Assembly: GCA_004431415.1 (NCBI GenBank)
Contig: QPMI01000493.1
Location: 62,001 to 126,000, forward strand
Direction: 5' to 3'
Source of the DNA: Cyanophora paradoxa CCMP329
Lineage: Eukaryota > Plantae > Glaucophyta
Length of the DNA: 64,000 bases
Shown: one piece after another, positions 60,536-64,000 of the stretch
Position numbering within the stretch: position 1 is the first letter of the stretch
Layout of the letters: every line of letters begins with the position of its first letter
Made by a program: the position numbers and the translations under genes
Notes under the pieces: generated by a model
Told to the model about the DNA's origin: nothing
The model's database searches: none
What the model saw: only the letters and a program-made list of their open reading frames with translations

Positions 60536-62411
60536 TCTGATCATGAGAGCCGAAAGAAAGCACAGAGCGAAGCTTAAACCGACGTCAAGGCGTTTGCCGC
60601 TGAGTGTGACGGCTAATTATAATTATGATCTGTCGAACGCACTGCAGCACGACGTGCCCTTTGTTCTGATTCAATCGATCGATCTCGGCACTGGGCATAT
60701 GCATTGCAGCTTTAAAAAATTGGAGCCGGGATTTGCAATCCGCACGCGTAAATGCGGGCCTAAGGGGCCGTGTTCCGGGGGGGAGGGGGGAGACCTCGAA
60801 GGAGTGTACCCCGGGGGAGGAGAAGACGGCGGAGGCGAGGAGGCGCCGGCCCGCCAGCCACGCTTGCATGCGAAACCACCAGTCAGCTGCAGACGGCGTC
60901 CCGCTTTACTAGAGTTAAGAGATGCAGCGCAAGCCTTGCAACGAATTGCATGCGCGGGCGGTCGGTGGGCGATCCGCATGCGCACATGGTCCGACGGTCG
61001 TAAGAGTCTGCTAGACCCCTACAAGATAGTTACTAAGTTACCTTCGGCAAAGATTCGGCGCAGCCGTTCGTCGCTTCTTAACTTCGCCCCCTATAGCTAG
61101 TCTGCGCCGACCGTCGGACACCCCTTGCAATTGACCCCGGCAGCGACAAATCGCGAGCCTAACCCTTCTCTCTCCAGCTAGTTTGCGGAGTTGTTAGGTT
61201 GGGTTGAAGCTGCGCCGCAGCGATGAAAGGTACCGGCCGCGGTGCTGCTGTGTCAAGGTGCCCACTTGAATTAATCCTGAAATTAACTTAGTAAATGAGC
61301 CTAGGAGCTGCTGCTTCCCGCACAATATATAATGACACCCCTAGCCATGGAACCTGAGTCCGCCGGCTGTCGACTTTGCAAAATTAATCGCCTTCCGATC
61401 GCGAGGCCTTGGATCCGCCCACAACACGGCGGCAGCTGCAAATAATGAAGTACCTTTAACTCCTTAATCCTGACCAATCCTTCTGATATGCAACACTACT
61501 GACGTGCAAGAACTTCGGAAGCGCCTCCGAGAAGGGGTACGGTACGTGCACTACTCGACTTGCCGAAGACGAGGGATGCTCCCATAGAAACGAGGCCCGG
61601 AATTCGAAGCGATTACTTCAAACTCCGATGCTCGCGATCGGCGCCGCGGCGATCGCAAGGACCCGAACTCGAAGAGAAGCGGAGGGGAGGGGGCGGGGCG
61701 GGGCCTCTTCGACTCGCATGCACTGATCATGACCAGTGACTCATGATCATGATCAGCTATAGCTATACTATGATAGCTACAGCTATATATATAGCTAGCG
61801 CTAGCGCTAGTCTAGTAGCGCTCAGCAACTAGCCCCATGGCCGCGCCGCGGATACTCGAATTCGACGTCGAATTCGGCAACCCTGGCGGCCTTCAGCTTG
61901 GAGCTTGGAGCTCACTCGAGTGATCAGGAGGGCCGCCAGCTTCCGCTCGGCAGCGCTAGTGCACAGGACTGGCTTAGCAGGGGGCCAGGGCGAGCGCCGC
62001 CCTCCCGAGGCTCCGGACCCGACAGTCCCCACTTTCCAACTCATTCTCCCTGCCCCTCCCTGAGCGCCCGCACTTCGCGGCGATTCCCCTCCTCCGAAAA
62101 GCTCCCATTTTCCAATTCGTGTTTCTTATAGACGCCCCGCAGGGGCCCCCGGGAGGCCGGGCCCCCCGCCCCCGCCCCCGCCCCGGCCCCGGCCCCAGGG
62201 GCAGCGGAGCCTCGGAGGGCCAGGGCAGAGGGCCACGGGCCGCGTCCGCCGCAGCCCCTCTCCCGAGCCCCCGAATTCCGCAGCCCCCCGCGCGCGCCCA
62301 AAAAGCTCGAATTTTCAATTTGTTTTTCTTATGACCGCCACCTCGCTCGAAGGACCCGAACTCGAAACGAAGCGGAGGGCAGGGGGTACCGGGGCGGGGC
62401 GGCGCCCCGGC

Positions 62412-64000
62412 CTAGGGCGCGGCGGCCTCGGCGGGGCGCTCGGCGCCGGCGGCGGCGTCGCGCTCGGCGGCGGCGAGGGCCGACCAGTGCGCGAGGTGCC
62501 GCTCCGCGTGCTCCAGGAGGGCCGCCGCCCCCGGGAAGCGCGCGCACCACGCCGCGTACAGCGGCACCGCCAGGAACGTCAGGAAGCCCTGCGATCAGAT
62601 CAGATCAGATCGGATCGGATCAGATCGGATCAGATCAGACGAATCTGAGCCGACCTCCTGGGCGCGGGCGAGGGACTCGGAGCGGTCGCAGAGGGGCGAG
62701 ACGGGCAGCCCGAGCCGCCGCTCCTCGTCTGAGCGACGGGCTCAGACGGGGGGGGGGGGAGGTTGGGGGTGGGGTACGCGGACCGCCCTGGGCCCCGAAC
62801 TCCTCGACGATGCGGCGGGCCCAGCGCTCGTGCGTCGCGAAGGGTCTACCCCCGTTCGCGATGTCCGCGACCTGCGTGGGGAACATTCGAGAGGGGGGGA
62901 GAAGGCGGGGGGGTACGGGGCACCTTGAGGGCCATGGAGAGGAAGAGGCGGCGGTCCGCCTGGGGCAGCACGGCGCGCGCCAGGAGGGGGGGTACAGGCA
63001 GGCCCAGGTTCATCACTGCGGCTGGGGCTCGAGGCGGGGAGAAAGAGGAAAGAGAGAGAGGCGGGGGGAACCGCTGCGGCGATGCTTGAAGGAGTTGCCG
63101 CGGGCGCTGCTGCGGCCGCTGCGGCCGCTGGCGACGGAGCGCGCGTCGTCGGCGGGGCCCTCCGAGTCGGCCCCGTCCCCGTCCCCCTCGTCGTCCGCCT
63201 CCTCCCCGTCTTCCGCCTCCCCCTCGTCCCCCTCCGCCTCCACATCCGCCTGCGGGACGCGCGATCTGAGGCGAGGGCAGAGCACGCCGAGGAGGAGGGC
63301 GTACCCCGGCGGCCTCGAGGGTCTCGGTGACGAGGAGCGCCTTCCACGCGCTCACCGTCTCCAGGTGCCGCTACCCCCCCCCGCGGGGTCGGGCGCGGGG
63401 TAGAGGGCGCGGGGGCGGGGCGGGGGCGGGCGCACGCTCATGTCGGTGGCCAGGACGAGGGCGATGACGGAGCGCCGGAACTCGGCCCGCTGGCGTACCC
63501 CCGTCAGGCGGGAGGGGGAGGGGGCGGGGCCGGCCCGGGGTACCTGCTCCCGCGTGAAGGAGGAGAGGAAGTCGCAGTCGGGGTCCCGCAGCATCGCGAA
63601 GGTCCGCGTCAGCGCGTTGTGCTCCTGCGGACAAGGCCGGCTCAGGGTGGTGGGGGGAGGGGGGAAGGGGGGGTAGGGGCGCACGAGGACGGACTGGTCG
63701 TTGTAGAGGAGCGCGAGCTCGCTCCCCGTCGCCACCTCGAACCCGTTCGTCCGCCCCGTGTGCTGAGGGAAGGGGGGGGGGGGGGGGGGGGCTAAGGGGG
63801 GGGGGGAGGGATGTCGGGGGGTGCGCACGTCGAGGTCGTGGACGGCCGCCGCGACGAGCGCCGCGAGGACGTCCGCCGAGCGAACGTAGGGGCGGAGGCC
63901 CCCCGGGAAGAGCAGGAAGTACAGCTGTACCCCTGTTAGAAGACGGTGGAGGGAGGCAAAGGGTCTAGGGCCAAGCGTACCCCCTGAACGACCTCCGCGG
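62412..64000 (-). CDS. Class I 3',5'-cyclic-nucleotide phosphodiesterase, 3' part (catalytic domain); continues past the right edge
   Basis: Spliced motifs in order: AEVVQG; AAAVHDLDHTGRTNGF; ELALLYNDQSVLEHN; LVLATDM; MALKVADIANGGRPF...W...IVEEFGAQGDEERRLGLP; ARAQEGFLTFLAVPLY. Stop at 62412-62414. Confidence 0.92.

Noticed and set aside
60249-61100. 283-aa ORF as a separate gene
   Set aside because: Its 5' part is exons 6-7 of the 59337 gene read through introns, and the remainder has no recognisable coding character.

Overview
GC-rich eukaryotic DNA packed with short (about 50-80 nt) spliceosomal introns. The intron style suggests a protist or alga such as a glaucophyte, but this is only an inference, and the supplied ORF track mostly shows exon fragments. 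From left to right: (1) 5' part of a 5-oxoprolinase gene (minus strand, runs off the left edge). (2) Two tandem paralogues (3222-28123 and 33593-54367) of a giant surface-protein gene encoding a signal peptide, up to 8 LamG/pentraxin-like domains, an Ig-like segment, an unassigned region, a long Cys-rich GCC2/GCC3-type stalk, an RRLL motif, three TM helices and a cytosolic tail. The last two helices flank a glycosylated loop that looks like a 2-TM ENaC/P2X/ERGIC-type module. (3) Intergenic nests of non-autonomous hAT and TA-targeting elements and a tRNA-derived SINE. (4) A truncated pseudogene copy of a class I cyclic-nucleotide phosphodiesterase. (5) An orphan gene of about 240 aa. (6) The 3' part of the intact phosphodiesterase (runs off the right edge). 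The best leads are the giant ectodomain fused to a channel-like module, a recurring w -> w-revcomp(w)-w micro-insertion pattern that would explain the palindrome-saturated non-coding DNA, and paralogue-specific homogenisation of internal repeats. Gene models were spliced by eye. Several C-rich tracts look like low-quality assembly.
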